Shown: in pieces, positions 1 through 10,445 of the stretch
Numbering within the stretch: position 1 is the first letter of the stretch
Layout of the letters: the number at the start of each line of letters is the position of its first letter
Translations under genes and position numbers: made by a program
Notes under the pieces: generated by a model
Database searches by the model: none
What the model saw: only the letters and a program-made list of their open reading frames with translations
Told to the model about the DNA's origin: nothing
Source of the DNA: Bacteroidota bacterium
GTDB taxonomy: Bacteria > Bacteroidota > Ignavibacteria > UBA10030 > UBA8401
Assembly (NCBI GenBank): GCA_041665525.1
Contig: JBAYIS010000003.1
Coordinates: 150,129-214,128, forward strand
Direction of reading: 5' to 3'
Length of the DNA: 64,000 bases

Positions 1-259
1 TTCGTGTATCGCCGTACAGAGTAAACTGGGAAACAACCAGTGCGGATCCATCGACATCTTTCACAGACAGGTTCATCTTTCCTTCACCGTCTTCAAAAAT
101 CCTGATGGCGGCACATTTTTCTGCCAGATAGTTACCGTCCGTTTCTGTATCACCAGTTTTTATTCCTAACAAGATCAACAGACCATGACCAATCTGACCA
201 TGCACGTTCCCGGAAATCGTCACGCTGGCGGAAGAAACCCTTTGAATTAGTGCTCTCAT
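1..259 (-). CDS. dtd: D-aminoacyl-tRNA deacylase, N-terminal part (runs off left edge)
   Basis: Hand translation of the minus strand, frame 2, gives [86 protein letters not shown] with no stops to position 1. This closely parallels E. coli Dtd (MIALIQRV...GLLVLLGV...RIFSD.EGKMNLNV...VLVVSQFTL). The ATG at 259-257 overlaps the prmC stop. Confidence 0.7.
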   Translation of the reverse strand, partial: MRALIQRVSSASVTISGNVHGQIGHGLLILLGIKTGDTETDGNYLAEKCAAIRIFEDGEGKMNLSVKDVDGSALVVSQFTLYGDTR

Positions 260-1173
260 TGTACGCCCCCAATGATCGGATTCCGGCGATAGAACAGATG
301 ACGTGGGATTCCTTGATAGTCTTTCACAATAATAGGGTCCGTAAAACCTTCCGAATGGAATATTTCCTGTACCTGTTCAGACTGATCATAGGCGTGTTCG
401 ACACCGATGATGCCGGTTTCGGTCAATGTCTCGTATGCAAAATGCGCAATATCAGGATAATATTTCAAGCCATTTGCATTGTCCGTCAAGGCAGTATTCG
501 GTTCAAAGTCCCGGACGTCGTTCGACACCAGTGAAAATTCATCTTTCGAAATGTACGGTGGATTGGAAAGGATACAATCAAATTTGTTCGGGAAAGTTTT
601 TTTATTGCAGGAAAAGATGTCCAATTCCTGAAAACGGATCCTCTCCGAAACACCATTCTGTTCTGCGTTCGACAACGCTAGTTTGAGTGCATCCACGCTG
701 TTATCCATCGCTTCGACCATTGCAGCAGGAAGTAATGTTGCCATACTCACGGCGATACAGCCGCTTCCGGTTCCAATATCCAAAATGGAGTATGCCGAAT
801 CGACTGCAGCGGTTTGTTTCAGCAGATCAACAGCTTTTTCAACAAGCAGTTCTGTTTCAGGACGAGGGATCAGCACGCGTCGGTCGACGGAGAATTTCAA
901 TCCCATGAATTCGGTGCCGCCCAGGATATATTGCAGCGGTTCGTGCAGCAGCCGCCGTTTCAATAATTCCTTAAAGTGGGCCAGTTCCGATTCGGTCAAC
1001 GGTTGATCGAATTTCGTGTAGAGCTGAATGCGTTCGAAGTGCAGGACGTGCGACAACAAGAGTTCGATGGTCAGGCGGGCATCATCGATATGTTTTTCGG
1101 CCAGATACCCGGTCCCCCAGTTGATCAGCTCCAGAATCGTCCAGGTTTTTTTTGCGGCAGTGGATGAACTCAA
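256..1173 (-). CDS. prmC: Release factor glutamine N5-methyltransferase (HemK/PrmC)
   Basis: 305 aa. Has the NPPY catalytic motif ([13 protein letters not shown]) and an SAM-binding GTGSGCIA motif. Typical HemK length. Confidence 0.85.
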   Translation of the reverse strand: MSSSTAAKKTWTILELINWGTGYLAEKHIDDARLTIELLLSHVLHFERIQLYTKFDQPLTESELAHFKELLKRRLLHEPLQYILGGTEFMGLKFSVDRRVLIPRPETELLVEKAVDLLKQTAAVDSAYSILDIGTGSGCIAVSMATLLPAAMVEAMDNSVDALKLALSNAEQNGVSERIRFQELDIFSCNKKTFPNKFDCILSNPPYISKDEFSLVSNDVRDFEPNTALTDNANGLKYYPDIAHFAYETLTETGIIGVEHAYDQSEQVQEIFHSEGFTDPIIVKDYQGIPRHLFYRRNPIIGGVQ

Positions 1174-1176
1174 TAA

Positions 1177-1713
1177 TTACTTCTTCCCTTTTGATGACTT
1201 ACCCGGTTTCGATTTCGTCTTCGTCGATTTTGCAGTGGCGGTATTTTGTTTTTTCTTCTCCAACATCGCCGAGGCGGTTTTCTTTTGATTGTTATTTGCA
1301 TGGTGCGAAAGATGAGCGATATCCACTCTTCCTGAAAATTTGCTCGCATCGTCATCATCGTCATCGTCATGCGAGCGTTTCTTTTCATATTTCTTCAGTC
1401 CGACAACCTGGTCTTGATTGAAACCGAGTTTCTCCATCTTTTCCACTTCAAAAAAATCCTCGCCTACTTCATACTCTCCCTCTTCTTCCCCAACATCCAC
1501 GTCTTCGATTTCATCTTCGATCTTCGCCGCGACAAAGACGAACCGCTTATCCGCTTCGATAAGGAATTCAAAATCGCCGAGGTTCTCTGGCATATCGAAC
1601 TTCATTAATTCTGCACGTTCTGCCATTTCATCCCACAGTTCAAGGATCGGAACTTCCTTCGTCTTATGGGCTTCCAAATATTTTTCGGCTTCAGATAATA
1701 ATTTCTCGTACAT
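1177..1713 (-). CDS. Hypothetical acidic protein with a poly-Asp tract and a Lys-rich C-terminal tail
   Basis: 178 aa ORF ending 4 nt upstream of the prmC start. Contains DDDDDDD and a KSTKTKSKPGKSSKGKK tail. I recognise no family. Confidence 0.45.
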   Translation of the reverse strand: MYEKLLSEAEKYLEAHKTKEVPILELWDEMAERAELMKFDMPENLGDFEFLIEADKRFVFVAAKIEDEIEDVDVGEEEGEYEVGEDFFEVEKMEKLGFNQDQVVGLKKYEKKRSHDDDDDDDASKFSGRVDIAHLSHHANNNQKKTASAMLEKKKQNTATAKSTKTKSKPGKSSKGKK

Positions 1714-1755
1714 ACATACCTCCTTATCGAAACATCCTTTCTCGATCGTAGTATA

Positions 1756-3525
1756 CTATTTTTTTTGATAACGAATGATCCCACCGACGATCGTCATCTC
1801 GACCTCCGTTGCCGGGATCTCTTTCAGCGGTACGGACATAATGTCTTTTGACAGGATGACAAGGTCCGCAAGTTTTCCCTCTTCGATACTCCCTTTTTCT
1901 CCTTCCATAAATTCCGCATATGCCCCCCACAGGGTAAATGAGCGGAGCGCTTCCTGCCGGGTCATCTTCTGTCCGGGAAACCAACCGCCCGAAAAATTTG
2001 ATGAATCCCTGATTCCTTCTGCCGACAGCTGAAACTGCATTGCAACATCCTCAGCAGTATTCGGTATCCCTCGTGTATCTTGCCGTGATACGGCCGCATA
2101 AAATCCGAGCAACGGATTCGGATTTTCCACCGGAAAGTCCGAGCCAGACGGTATGATGTTACCGTCATCCAATAGCGATCGCCAGGCATACGAACCGAGA
2201 ACCCGATCCGGTCCGAGCCGGGACTGCACCCAATACATATCGGAGGTGGCGTGCGTCGGCTGCATACTTGGAATTACATTCAATTGTTTGAATCGATGAA
2301 TATCTTCCGGTGCGATTACCTGCGCATGTTCTATGCGCATTCGCGCACTGCGGGCTTTCAGCGGATTTTTCTGCGATGCTTTTTCGAAAGCATCCAACGC
2401 AATTTTATTTGCTCTATCACCAATTGCATGAATTCCAACCTGAAACCCATTTTCCAGCGCCTGTTCTGTGATCACTCGGATGGAATCTGGAGGGAATGTG
2501 ATTAATCCGCGGTTGTTTGTTTCATCACTGTACGGTTCGATCAATGCTGCACCGCGAGAACCCATCGCTCCGTCCAGATAGATTTTCACGGAGCGAACCG
2601 TCAACGATTTGTTCACATGATCAATGAATGGACCTTCGGCGAACATTCGATTCAACAATGCCCCATTGCCGCCGATAAAAGCGTTAATACGGATCGGCAA
2701 TCGACGGTGACTGGCCAGCGTACGATAAATTTTGTATCCTGATTCATCAATGCCCATATCATGGACACCGGTAATTCCGTTTCGCAGACATTCTTTCAAT
2801 GCCAGGTCATAGAGACCTGTTTTCTCCTCAAGAGAATAGTCTGGAACAGCGCTTTCTATAATGCTGACGGCATTGTCAATAAAGATCCCGTTCGGATTTC
2901 CCATCCGGTCGCGAAGGATCATCCCGCCGTCCACTTCGGTTGTCAAATCTGTCGAGCGTTTGGCTACTTCCATAGCTTTGCTGTTCACCCACACTGCGTG
3001 TCCATCCACCCGTTTGAGTACGACGGGATTATTCGGCGACACTTTATCCAGTTGTGCTGCTGTCGGAAAGGGCCGTTGTCCCATCCCTTTTCCCCAATCA
3101 TTTTGATCCCAGCCGCGGCCGCGGATCCATTCGCCGGGTTTTAATTGTTTCACTTTTTCCGCGACCAACTCCACAATCTGTTGAGGGGATTCAGTACCGT
3201 ACAAATTCACTTCGGACAAACTGAGTCCCAATCCGAGCACATGTGCATGTGAATCGATCAATCCCGGGACGACAGTTTTTCCCTGCGCATCGATCACATT
3301 TTGTGAAGTGTAATGTTTTTGTATATCTTGTGTTGTTCCGACGGCGATGATCCTGCTGCCGCGAACTGCAACAGCTTCCGCTTTTGCATCAGCATTGTCA
3401 ACGGTATAGATGACCGCATTAATGATCATCAGATCGGCATGCTGCTGTCGCGATGCGATAGAGTAGAACGCGGCAACGGAAAGAAGAAGAGCAAAAAGTA
3501 TGAGAAGAGGTGTTTTCATCGTCAT
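1756..3525 (-). CDS. Secreted amidohydrolase-family metal-dependent hydrolase (amidohydrolase 3-like)
   Basis: 589 aa with an N-terminal signal peptide (MTMKTPLLILFALLLSVAAF). Has the HxH metal-binding start (GLIDSHAHV) and an overall TIM-barrel amidohydrolase pattern. Confidence 0.7.
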   Translation of the reverse strand: MTMKTPLLILFALLLSVAAFYSIASRQQHADLMIINAVIYTVDNADAKAEAVAVRGSRIIAVGTTQDIQKHYTSQNVIDAQGKTVVPGLIDSHAHVLGLGLSLSEVNLYGTESPQQIVELVAEKVKQLKPGEWIRGRGWDQNDWGKGMGQRPFPTAAQLDKVSPNNPVVLKRVDGHAVWVNSKAMEVAKRSTDLTTEVDGGMILRDRMGNPNGIFIDNAVSIIESAVPDYSLEEKTGLYDLALKECLRNGITGVHDMGIDESGYKIYRTLASHRRLPIRINAFIGGNGALLNRMFAEGPFIDHVNKSLTVRSVKIYLDGAMGSRGAALIEPYSDETNNRGLITFPPDSIRVITEQALENGFQVGIHAIGDRANKIALDAFEKASQKNPLKARSARMRIEHAQVIAPEDIHRFKQLNVIPSMQPTHATSDMYWVQSRLGPDRVLGSYAWRSLLDDGNIIPSGSDFPVENPNPLLGFYAAVSRQDTRGIPNTAEDVAMQFQLSAEGIRDSSNFSGGWFPGQKMTRQEALRSFTLWGAYAEFMEGEKGSIEEGKLADLVILSKDIMSVPLKEIPATEVEMTIVGGIIRYQKK

Positions 3526-3666
3526 TCAGTATCCTTGACCGAAAATTACAAAAGGGATATTCCAAAATCCAATACCATTTTATTTTTGACAGTGCATTAT
3601 CCCAGTGAACATTAATATTAGATACAGTATAGTGATTTTAACAAAAAAAATAGCTATAGGGAATCC

Positions 3667-4422
3667 ATGAAAGAATTCGATGAATTTGTCTCGATAATGA
3701 AACGGCTCCGAAACGAATGTCCGTGGGACCGCGAACAGACGCATGAATCATTAAAAAAACATTTTGTCGAAGAAGCGTATGAAGCGCTGGACGCTCTGGA
3801 CCGGAATGATTTCAACGATGTGAAGGGAGAACTCGGCGACGTTGCACTGCAAGTGGTCTTTCATTCCATCATTGCAGAAGAAGAAAAACATTTTACGCTG
3901 GCAGAAGTCTTTGCTGCCGTCAATGAAAAACTGATTCGCCGCCATCCCCATATTTACGGCAATGCCGTGGTCAATTCGGGTGCTGAACAGTCAGCGCTGT
4001 GGGACAAGATTAAAATGACCGAGGGAAGGATGTCCGTTCTAGAAGGAATTCCAAAACACCTTCCCGCACTGATGAAAGCGGAAAAAGTTCAGAAAAAAGC
4101 AGCGAAAGTGGGATTCGACTGGAAACAGAAAGAAGATGTTTGGAAAAAAGTAGAGGAAGAAATTGCCGAACTGCATTCCGCTGTACTCTCCGGAGATGCG
4201 GAGCATACAAAAAAAGAGTTTGGCGACGTTCTCTTTTCCCTTGTCAATTATGCACGCTTCATCGGCGTGGAACCGGAAGAATCGCTGCACTCCACCGTCG
4301 CGCGGTTTGCACAACGGTTCCAGTATATCGAAAAAAGACTGTTGGAAAAGGGAAAGGACATACACGCAACCAGTTTGAAGGAAATGGATCTCCTGTGGGA
4401 CGAAGCAAAACAACAAGAGTGA
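3667..4422 (+). CDS. mazG: Nucleoside triphosphate pyrophosphohydrolase MazG
   Basis: 251 aa. Contains ELGDVALQVVFHSIIAEEE...LIRRHPHIY, the MazG EEXXE signature helix, and a second MazG repeat. Confidence 0.85.
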   Translation: MKEFDEFVSIMKRLRNECPWDREQTHESLKKHFVEEAYEALDALDRNDFNDVKGELGDVALQVVFHSIIAEEEKHFTLAEVFAAVNEKLIRRHPHIYGNAVVNSGAEQSALWDKIKMTEGRMSVLEGIPKHLPALMKAEKVQKKAAKVGFDWKQKEDVWKKVEEEIAELHSAVLSGDAEHTKKEFGDVLFSLVNYARFIGVEPEESLHSTVARFAQRFQYIEKRLLEKGKDIHATSLKEMDLLWDEAKQQE

Positions 4423-5427
4423 TTATTTCCTTTTACCAAATTCCTTTTCGCTGAACTTACCGTACGCATCGATAATCTCCCGCACCAAACGGTGCCGGAC
4501 GACGTCATTCCTGTCGAAATAGACAAAATCGATCCCTTCAATCTTCTCCAGAACTTCCTGTATTTGCACAAGTCCGGATGTTGCATTCGACGGCAAATCG
4601 ATCTGCGTGACGTCGCCGGTAATGATCGCTTTGGAATTGTTTCCCAATCTGGTAAGGAACATTTTCATCTGCATCGCCGTGGCATTCTGCGCTTCATCCA
4701 GAATGACAAACGCATTATGGAGCGTCCTTCCGCGCATATAGGCCAGAGGAACGATCTCGATGATGCGCCGCTCTAAATACATCTTCAGTTTTTCACTCGG
4801 CAGCATATCATCCAGTGCATCATACAACGGACGAAGATACGGATCGATCTTTTGCGCCATATCCCCGGGAAGAAAACCAAGCGACTCACCCGCTTCCACA
4901 GCAGGCCGGGCAAGGACGATCTTGCTCACTTCATTGTTCTTCAGGCTTGCCACAGCCATCGCTACGGCAAGATAGGTTTTCCCGGTTCCTGCCGGTCCGA
5001 TTGCAAAAACGATATCATTCCGCTGCGCTTTGTCCAGATACTCACGCTGCGTCGGCGTTTTTGCTTTGATAATGGAATTCTTTGTAAAGAGTACTGCAAC
5101 ATCATTCTCTTTCAGTTTTGTCACCATGTGCTTGCTGGGAGTGATATCGACAACCAGGTCCAGAACGGTGTTGACGTCATTAGCGGTCAGGACACCGTTT
5201 TTTGCCAACAGGAATTGCAGTTCGTTGAAGACCCGTTCGAGTTGTAGAAGTTCTTCTTCTTCGCCGCGAAGGGTGATATTGCTTCCGCGTGCAGTGATGG
5301 TCGCATCGAACCGTTGTTCGATCAGATGCAGATGCGAATCATTGTACCCCAGAAGGGACAATGCATCGACATCTTTTATAGTCAATTTCTTTTCGATGTG
5401 CGTTTCTCCAGTTATGTTCTTTTCCAT
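4423..5427 (-). CDS. phoH: PhoH-like ATPase
   Basis: 334 aa. Walker A motif GPAGTGKTYLAVAMAV; PhoH-family architecture with an N-terminal KH-like region. Convergent with mazG. Confidence 0.85.
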   Translation of the reverse strand: MEKNITGETHIEKKLTIKDVDALSLLGYNDSHLHLIEQRFDATITARGSNITLRGEEEELLQLERVFNELQFLLAKNGVLTANDVNTVLDLVVDITPSKHMVTKLKENDVAVLFTKNSIIKAKTPTQREYLDKAQRNDIVFAIGPAGTGKTYLAVAMAVASLKNNEVSKIVLARPAVEAGESLGFLPGDMAQKIDPYLRPLYDALDDMLPSEKLKMYLERRIIEIVPLAYMRGRTLHNAFVILDEAQNATAMQMKMFLTRLGNNSKAIITGDVTQIDLPSNATSGLVQIQEVLEKIEGIDFVYFDRNDVVRHRLVREIIDAYGKFSEKEFGKRK

Positions 5428-5446
5428 AAAGTACCTATTTCGACAT

Positions 5447-5815
5447 TTAAAAACAGTCCTTCAGGACTCTGCATTCTGTTTTCCCCTCTTCCATTACAAT
5501 GGAAACAACGTCAAACCGGCATTCGATGCCCGAAGGAAACCGTTCCATCACATATCCTTCGGCGGTCCGGCGCAACAGTTCCTGTTTTTTCGGCGTCACC
5601 GATTCTTCCGGCTCTCCAAATCGACGCGACCGGCGGAACTTCACTTCAACAAAAACGAGCACGCTCCCTTCTCTCGCAATGATATCGATCTCGCCATGGC
5701 GATGGATATAATTCTTTTCCAGGATTTCGTAGCCATGCTGCTGCAGAAATTGTTCTGCCGTCTCTTCACCCGCTCTTCCTTTGCTGCGGGCAGAACTGTT
5801 TCCGGAACGAATCAC
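5447..5815 (-). CDS. yraN: YraN-family (UPF0102) endonuclease
   Basis: 122 aa. [22 protein letters not shown] matches the UPF0102 core. Confidence 0.7.
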   Translation of the reverse strand: MIRSGNSSARSKGRAGEETAEQFLQQHGYEILEKNYIHRHGEIDIIAREGSVLVFVEVKFRRSRRFGEPEESVTPKKQELLRRTAEGYVMERFPSGIECRFDVVSIVMEEGKTECRVLKDCF

Positions 5816-6411
5816 AAATGTTCCAGCTGTTCAACATGAAATGACCGGCGGTGAATCGGGGAATAGCCGTGACAGCGGATAGCTTCGATGTGTTCCTTCG
5901 TGCCATATCCCTTGTGTTTCGCAAATCCGTAGTGCGGATATTGTTCGTCCAAGTCCTTCATCAGCGAATCCCTCGTTACTTTGGCGATAATCGATGCAGC
6001 TGCGATCGAGTGCGAGAGAGCGTCTCCCTTGATGATGTTTTCCACCGGGAAGAGTTCATGACGGAAGAAATTCCCGTCCACGAGCAATTGTTGCGGCTGA
6101 ATCGACAGCAGAGCGATCGCCTTATTCATCGCCAGGAACGAAGCTTGCAGAATATTAATCCGGTCGATCACGTCATGACTCACTATTCCAATACCGACCG
6201 CCAGCGCTGATTCGTGGATGGAATGGAACAGCTGCTCCCGCTTTTTCTCCGACAGTTTTTTTGAATCATTCACTCCCTCAATCAGTACATCCTTCTCGAA
6301 GATCACAGCCGCTGCAACGACAGGTCCGGCAAGCGGACCTCGTCCTGCTTCATCCACTCCCGCAATACAACGGATCCCCTTCGACCAATATTTCATTTCA
6401 TATTCCAGCAT
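5812..6411 (-). CDS. rnhB: Ribonuclease HII
   Basis: 199 aa. [23 protein letters not shown] active-site motif. 4-nt ATGA overlap with yraN. Confidence 0.85.
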   Translation of the reverse strand: MLEYEMKYWSKGIRCIAGVDEAGRGPLAGPVVAAAVIFEKDVLIEGVNDSKKLSEKKREQLFHSIHESALAVGIGIVSHDVIDRINILQASFLAMNKAIALLSIQPQQLLVDGNFFRHELFPVENIIKGDALSHSIAAASIIAKVTRDSLMKDLDEQYPHYGFAKHKGYGTKEHIEAIRCHGYSPIHRRSFHVEQLEHL

Positions 6412-6513
6412 ATCAACACTGCATCCAGAGATTGATGAAAACTTTAAAAATCTTTTTCCATTTCCAATTCGTGAGAAACTCTGATGGAAACAGATATTTC
6501 AGTGAACAATTTC

Positions 6514-7338
6514 TTATCCAAGATAAATGGCAACGAGGCCGACCAGCATAGTCCACTTCAAGATATTCGAGAGTATATGCAGATTGAACACCGAACGGTC
6601 TTTCCAGAAAGAATACATCACATACAGGATCACGACATCCACTCCTCCTGTAACAACAATGAAATAATTCTCCCCATAAATTCCGAGCAGGTACGGGATG
6701 AACGAAGTAAGGAACACTAAAGTGAGAAAAATGGTCGCCATGATCGAAGCACTGTTCATTCCATAAATGACGGGAAGTGTTGCCGCACCGTTCTTCGCAT
6801 CCCCTTCCACATCTTCCATATCTTTGATAATCTCACGTCCCACGTTGATCAGGAATGCAAACAATGCCGGGAATACCGCCTGCCGAATATTTCCGACAAT
6901 GGCGCCGCCATAAATAAAGGCGAGTCCTGTCAAACCTCCAACGAGCAGATTGCCAAACAACACTGTTCCTTTGAAGACCTTGCTGTACATGACGATGAGC
7001 GGCACGGCAATAAACGCGATGATGAATGCCGGCCTTGTGGTGTATGCGCTCATGATCATTCCGATACCTGTTAATGCACCGTAGAACATCAATGCATCAT
7101 ACCGGGACACAGCGCCGCTGGGAATCGGACGGTCAGGCTTATTGACTCTGTCGATTTCGATATCAAGAATATCGTTGATCACCATTCCTCCGGCGGCGAT
7201 ACACGCGCCGCTGAGTGCACCAAAGATCATGATGAGCATCTGCTGCTGTGTACCTCCGGCAAGAATACACGCAACAAAGATCGACAATGCAGTGATAGTG
7301 AAATTGACCGGACGAATAAGTGTAATATATGGTTTCAT
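6514..7338 (-). CDS. UbiA-family prenyltransferase with a DGGGP-synthase-like motif
   Basis: 274 aa polytopic membrane protein. Contains NDILDIEIDRVNKPDRPIPSG, the UbiA Asp-rich motif followed by the KPxRPxPSG motif characteristic of archaeal-type (di)geranylgeranylglyceryl phosphate synthases. Substrate cannot be assigned from sequence. Confidence 0.65.
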   Translation of the reverse strand: MKPYITLIRPVNFTITALSIFVACILAGGTQQQMLIMIFGALSGACIAAGGMVINDILDIEIDRVNKPDRPIPSGAVSRYDALMFYGALTGIGMIMSAYTTRPAFIIAFIAVPLIVMYSKVFKGTVLFGNLLVGGLTGLAFIYGGAIVGNIRQAVFPALFAFLINVGREIIKDMEDVEGDAKNGAATLPVIYGMNSASIMATIFLTLVFLTSFIPYLLGIYGENYFIVVTGGVDVVILYVMYSFWKDRSVFNLHILSNILKWTMLVGLVAIYLG

Positions 7339-9125
7339 CAGAACTCGTTATTTATTCCCACGTGAATTTTTCCGTTACTGAAACTATCCCCTTCACCCAA
7401 TGCATAACTGATATTCATTATTCCAACACCTGTTTCAATCCGGGCACCAAGCCCGTAACCGACCAGACTTTTTTCCTGGCGAATTGTTCCTTTCCGCGGA
7501 TCGGCAGGACGGGAAAAATATCCTGCGTCGATGAATCCAAAAAACGATGAAGCGCGACCGGTGAGGAAACGATATTCGGTGTTAATATATGCAATTTGAG
7601 ACGCAAAAAATTGACTTTCGCGGTATCCTCGAAGAGATGTCGTTCCTCCAAAAGAATAAAGGTCGCTCAGCTCCAGCTGGGTTGAAGTCACCTGTTTTCC
7701 GTGAATTCCGAGCATTAATACCTGACGAACAATAAATGAAAAATACACTTCCGCATCCATCGCAAATTTTCGGACAGTAAAATCTTTCTCTGCAGCAAGA
7801 AACAAATATTGCTGTGGCCCGGTGATGTGTTTTTTTCCCTGCTGAACCGTTGTGGAATACCGTATTCCATCCGTCGGATTACGCAGATAGTCTCTTGTGT
7901 CATAGAGAATCTCACCGCCGAAAGAGAGCGTGTTGCTTTCAAAAACAATGAATTGCGTCAGATTCGAAGCGGGGTACACTGACTCTGTGAGAATATTGAC
8001 ACCAACCGTCAACACATCCGAAAGGATAAAATCACCTCGTACATCGAATCTCGTCTTCACATACGAGGAATCCTGTTTCCGTTGATAGAATGTTCCGCCA
8101 AGGCTTGCGGGATAGCCGAACAGCCACGGTTCCCGATATTGAAGTTCCAATTCCTGTGTTGTCTCGTTCTCGCGCTGCCATTTCACCAGTGCCTTTCGTC
8201 CTGTGCCGAAAAGATTTCGCATGGCAACAAAGACATTGCCGGTAAAATACCCGTCGGAATTTGGCGGCGTCGCGGGGACATACCCGATGATACCGTCAAA
8301 CGTATTAGCATTTCCTTCCTTCACGGATATTCTGATGCCTCCCCGAAGCGAATCGTCCAAAGAATTCGAGAGGATATACAATTGCGGTTCACCCACGGAG
8401 GAAAACAACTGCATCCGTTCAAGCCTTCTGCGAAACAGTTCCAGTTTCCTTTCATCAAACACTTCACCCCTGTGGATCCCGGATTCGCGGATAATGACTT
8501 CAGTAGAGGTCGTTCCGTTCCCTTCCGTTTTAATTTCATCCACAAAGACCTTTCCTCCTTCATGAATTTCCAGTTCAACGGAAAGACTCGATGAATCGCG
8601 TTCGTCGATGCGGACTTTGTCGCTTGTGACAGAAACGAAAGGAAATCCGTTTCGGGAGTAATGTTCAAGAATGGATCGGATATCTGCTTCGAGCAAGGAC
8701 GACTGCAGCGGAGTACCGGCAGATGTTTCTATCAATGGAAGCAATTGTGCTGACGAAAATGCACGGTTTCCGGAAACCGAAACTGCAGAGACAAGTGTCC
8801 TGATATTTTCCCGGAGAAAGAGTTTAATTCGTACTGAGGAAGAATCCTCTGAAAACTCCTTTTGTACCGAATCAATAGAAAATGAATAAAAACCTTCTTC
8901 ATGATAGAGATCCGTCAATACGGGAAAGGATTGATCGATTGCATCAACGGAAGCGCCGATACGGGCAGGTATCTTTTCAAGCAGTTGGCGTTGTGAAAAA
9001 AAACTGTTGCCGGAGATCTCTATCGAAGCGATGGTCGGCTGCGCGGAAGCATTCGCCATAAACAGCAAAAGCCATCCGCAGAGTGCAAACGGCTTTCGAT
9101 TCCATATTCGGTCATACCCGCTCAT
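7338..9125 (-). CDS. Omp85-family outer membrane protein with about 3 POTRA domains (TamA-like)
   Basis: 595 aa with a signal peptide. N-terminal POTRA-like repeats followed by a C-terminal bacterial surface antigen (D15) beta-barrel. Shorter than BamA. Confidence 0.7.
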   Translation of the reverse strand: MSGYDRIWNRKPFALCGWLLLFMANASAQPTIASIEISGNSFFSQRQLLEKIPARIGASVDAIDQSFPVLTDLYHEEGFYSFSIDSVQKEFSEDSSSVRIKLFLRENIRTLVSAVSVSGNRAFSSAQLLPLIETSAGTPLQSSLLEADIRSILEHYSRNGFPFVSVTSDKVRIDERDSSSLSVELEIHEGGKVFVDEIKTEGNGTTSTEVIIRESGIHRGEVFDERKLELFRRRLERMQLFSSVGEPQLYILSNSLDDSLRGGIRISVKEGNANTFDGIIGYVPATPPNSDGYFTGNVFVAMRNLFGTGRKALVKWQRENETTQELELQYREPWLFGYPASLGGTFYQRKQDSSYVKTRFDVRGDFILSDVLTVGVNILTESVYPASNLTQFIVFESNTLSFGGEILYDTRDYLRNPTDGIRYSTTVQQGKKHITGPQQYLFLAAEKDFTVRKFAMDAEVYFSFIVRQVLMLGIHGKQVTSTQLELSDLYSFGGTTSLRGYRESQFFASQIAYINTEYRFLTGRASSFFGFIDAGYFSRPADPRKGTIRQEKSLVGYGLGARIETGVGIMNISYALGEGDSFSNGKIHVGINNEF

Positions 9126-9155
9126 CAGTTGTTCCGCCGTGTCGGAATGTGCTCC

Positions 9156-10445
9156 TTATTCGTTTCGTATTCTCTGTAACAGGTCCCAGATCGGCGTCAG
9201 CAGCCGGTAATCACCGAAGCCGGTCTCATCAACGAAGATGACACTGCGGTTGTATTCATAGTACGACCAGATTTCGTATGGTTTGGAATCAATATCAAAC
9301 GGATGCCGTTCTACGTTATTCGGCGAACCGAACAGGATGAAGACCATACCCATATCGGTCTTCCAGCCCGGCTGATAGTGTGAAAAATTCTGATTCGCAT
9401 ATTCCACCCGGCTGTAGTACTCTTCCATATACTCATTTTTTTTCGTTGCAGGATTCGGATCGCGTTTCAACCAGAACTCATCGAACAACGCACGTTTTGA
9501 TTCCTCCGTTTTTGCATCCGACACTTTATCGTATTCATCATCTTTCGCAATGTACCGAATCTGCTTGATGGCGAGATCCAGGTCCGAAATACTAATCGGT
9601 ATATTTCCCCAACGAACGATAATCGATCGTTGTTTCAGGATTGGCAGGTCGTCCGGAGAATGTTCCAGCGATTGGACTTCAACATTCAGGTTATACGAAC
9701 CGGTGACATAATTGGCGCTGTCGAACCGGGAAATGATCTGGCTTCGTTTTCCCTGAATGCGATGGTACTCGACCTTCTCAAGATATTCTTTCCCTTTGAT
9801 ATCGGTGATCGTATAATGAAGCCGTAATGAATCCGTGGGTGCAGCGGAATAAACTTCGAAAAAAACAGCAAAAGTGTTATTTGTTTCGCCGATGTTTCCG
9901 GAAACATTGGGGGCAAGCACATTTCGTCCCCCTTCACTGGAAGTCCTTCGCACCAGCATCATATCGCTCACGGAAAGCACTTTGGTAGCATAATTTCCGA
10001 CAATCAGCTTTTTAATTACATAGGAGACCTTTTTGGATTCGTTGTCCTTCACCTGTGCCCGCAGCGTATAAATGCCCGGAACAATATTCACCGATCGCTG
10101 CGTAAGATGAAACGCTTTTTTGGATGCGGTGTATTCAAAGAGCGGCACTTTGATCTCTTCCGTCCACACTTTCTCATTGACGGATGCGTTATCATCGGTG
10201 AGGAAATTGATCGATACTTCATAACTTGCAGAATATCGATCGTTCCGTTTCAGAAACTGGAGCGCATCGTACGGTACCTGAACATACAGGTCCACACGAG
10301 AGGAAAGTGAATCTCCGGAATAAAAACTGAGCGCATCCACAGAGAATTCCGGCAGGTCGATCGACGTCTGCGGTCTTCGTGCTTCCACCTGAGCGAACAG
10401 TGCGGAAGAACATGCCATCACAATGAAAATACTTTTCTTTATCAT
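9156..10445 (-). CDS. GWxTD-domain secreted protein
   Basis: 429 aa with a signal peptide. C-terminal region has PGWKTDMGMVFILFGSPNNVE...YEIWSY, matching the GWxTD domain family found in the FCB group. Confidence 0.6.
   Translation of the reverse strand: MIKKSIFIVMACSSALFAQVEARRPQTSIDLPEFSVDALSFYSGDSLSSRVDLYVQVPYDALQFLKRNDRYSASYEVSINFLTDDNASVNEKVWTEEIKVPLFEYTASKKAFHLTQRSVNIVPGIYTLRAQVKDNESKKVSYVIKKLIVGNYATKVLSVSDMMLVRRTSSEGGRNVLAPNVSGNIGETNNTFAVFFEVYSAAPTDSLRLHYTITDIKGKEYLEKVEYHRIQGKRSQIISRFDSANYVTGSYNLNVEVQSLEHSPDDLPILKQRSIIVRWGNIPISISDLDLAIKQIRYIAKDDEYDKVSDAKTEESKRALFDEFWLKRDPNPATKKNEYMEEYYSRVEYANQNFSHYQPGWKTDMGMVFILFGSPNNVERHPFDIDSKPYEIWSYYEYNRSVIFVDETGFGDYRLLTPIWDLLQRIRNE

Noticed and set aside
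250-1167. Plus-strand ORFs 250-534, 426-686, 683-1006, 976-1167 overlapping prmC
   Set aside because: They are antisense to a well-supported prmC gene with NPPY and SAM motifs. They have low-complexity Ser/Arg-rich translations and no independent start or RBS context.
3526-3666. Sigma70-type promoter call (ttgaca ... taatat) for mazG
   Set aside because: A TTGACA hexamer is present at about 3585. The best -10-like hexamer lies about 21 nt away, which is the wrong spacing. FCB-group promoters use a different consensus, so no promoter feature is reported.
5030-5839. 269-aa plus-strand ORF spanning phoH-yraN
   Set aside because: It lies antisense across two confidently called minus-strand genes and their junction. 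The translation is Ser/Arg/Cys-rich with a low-complexity composition.
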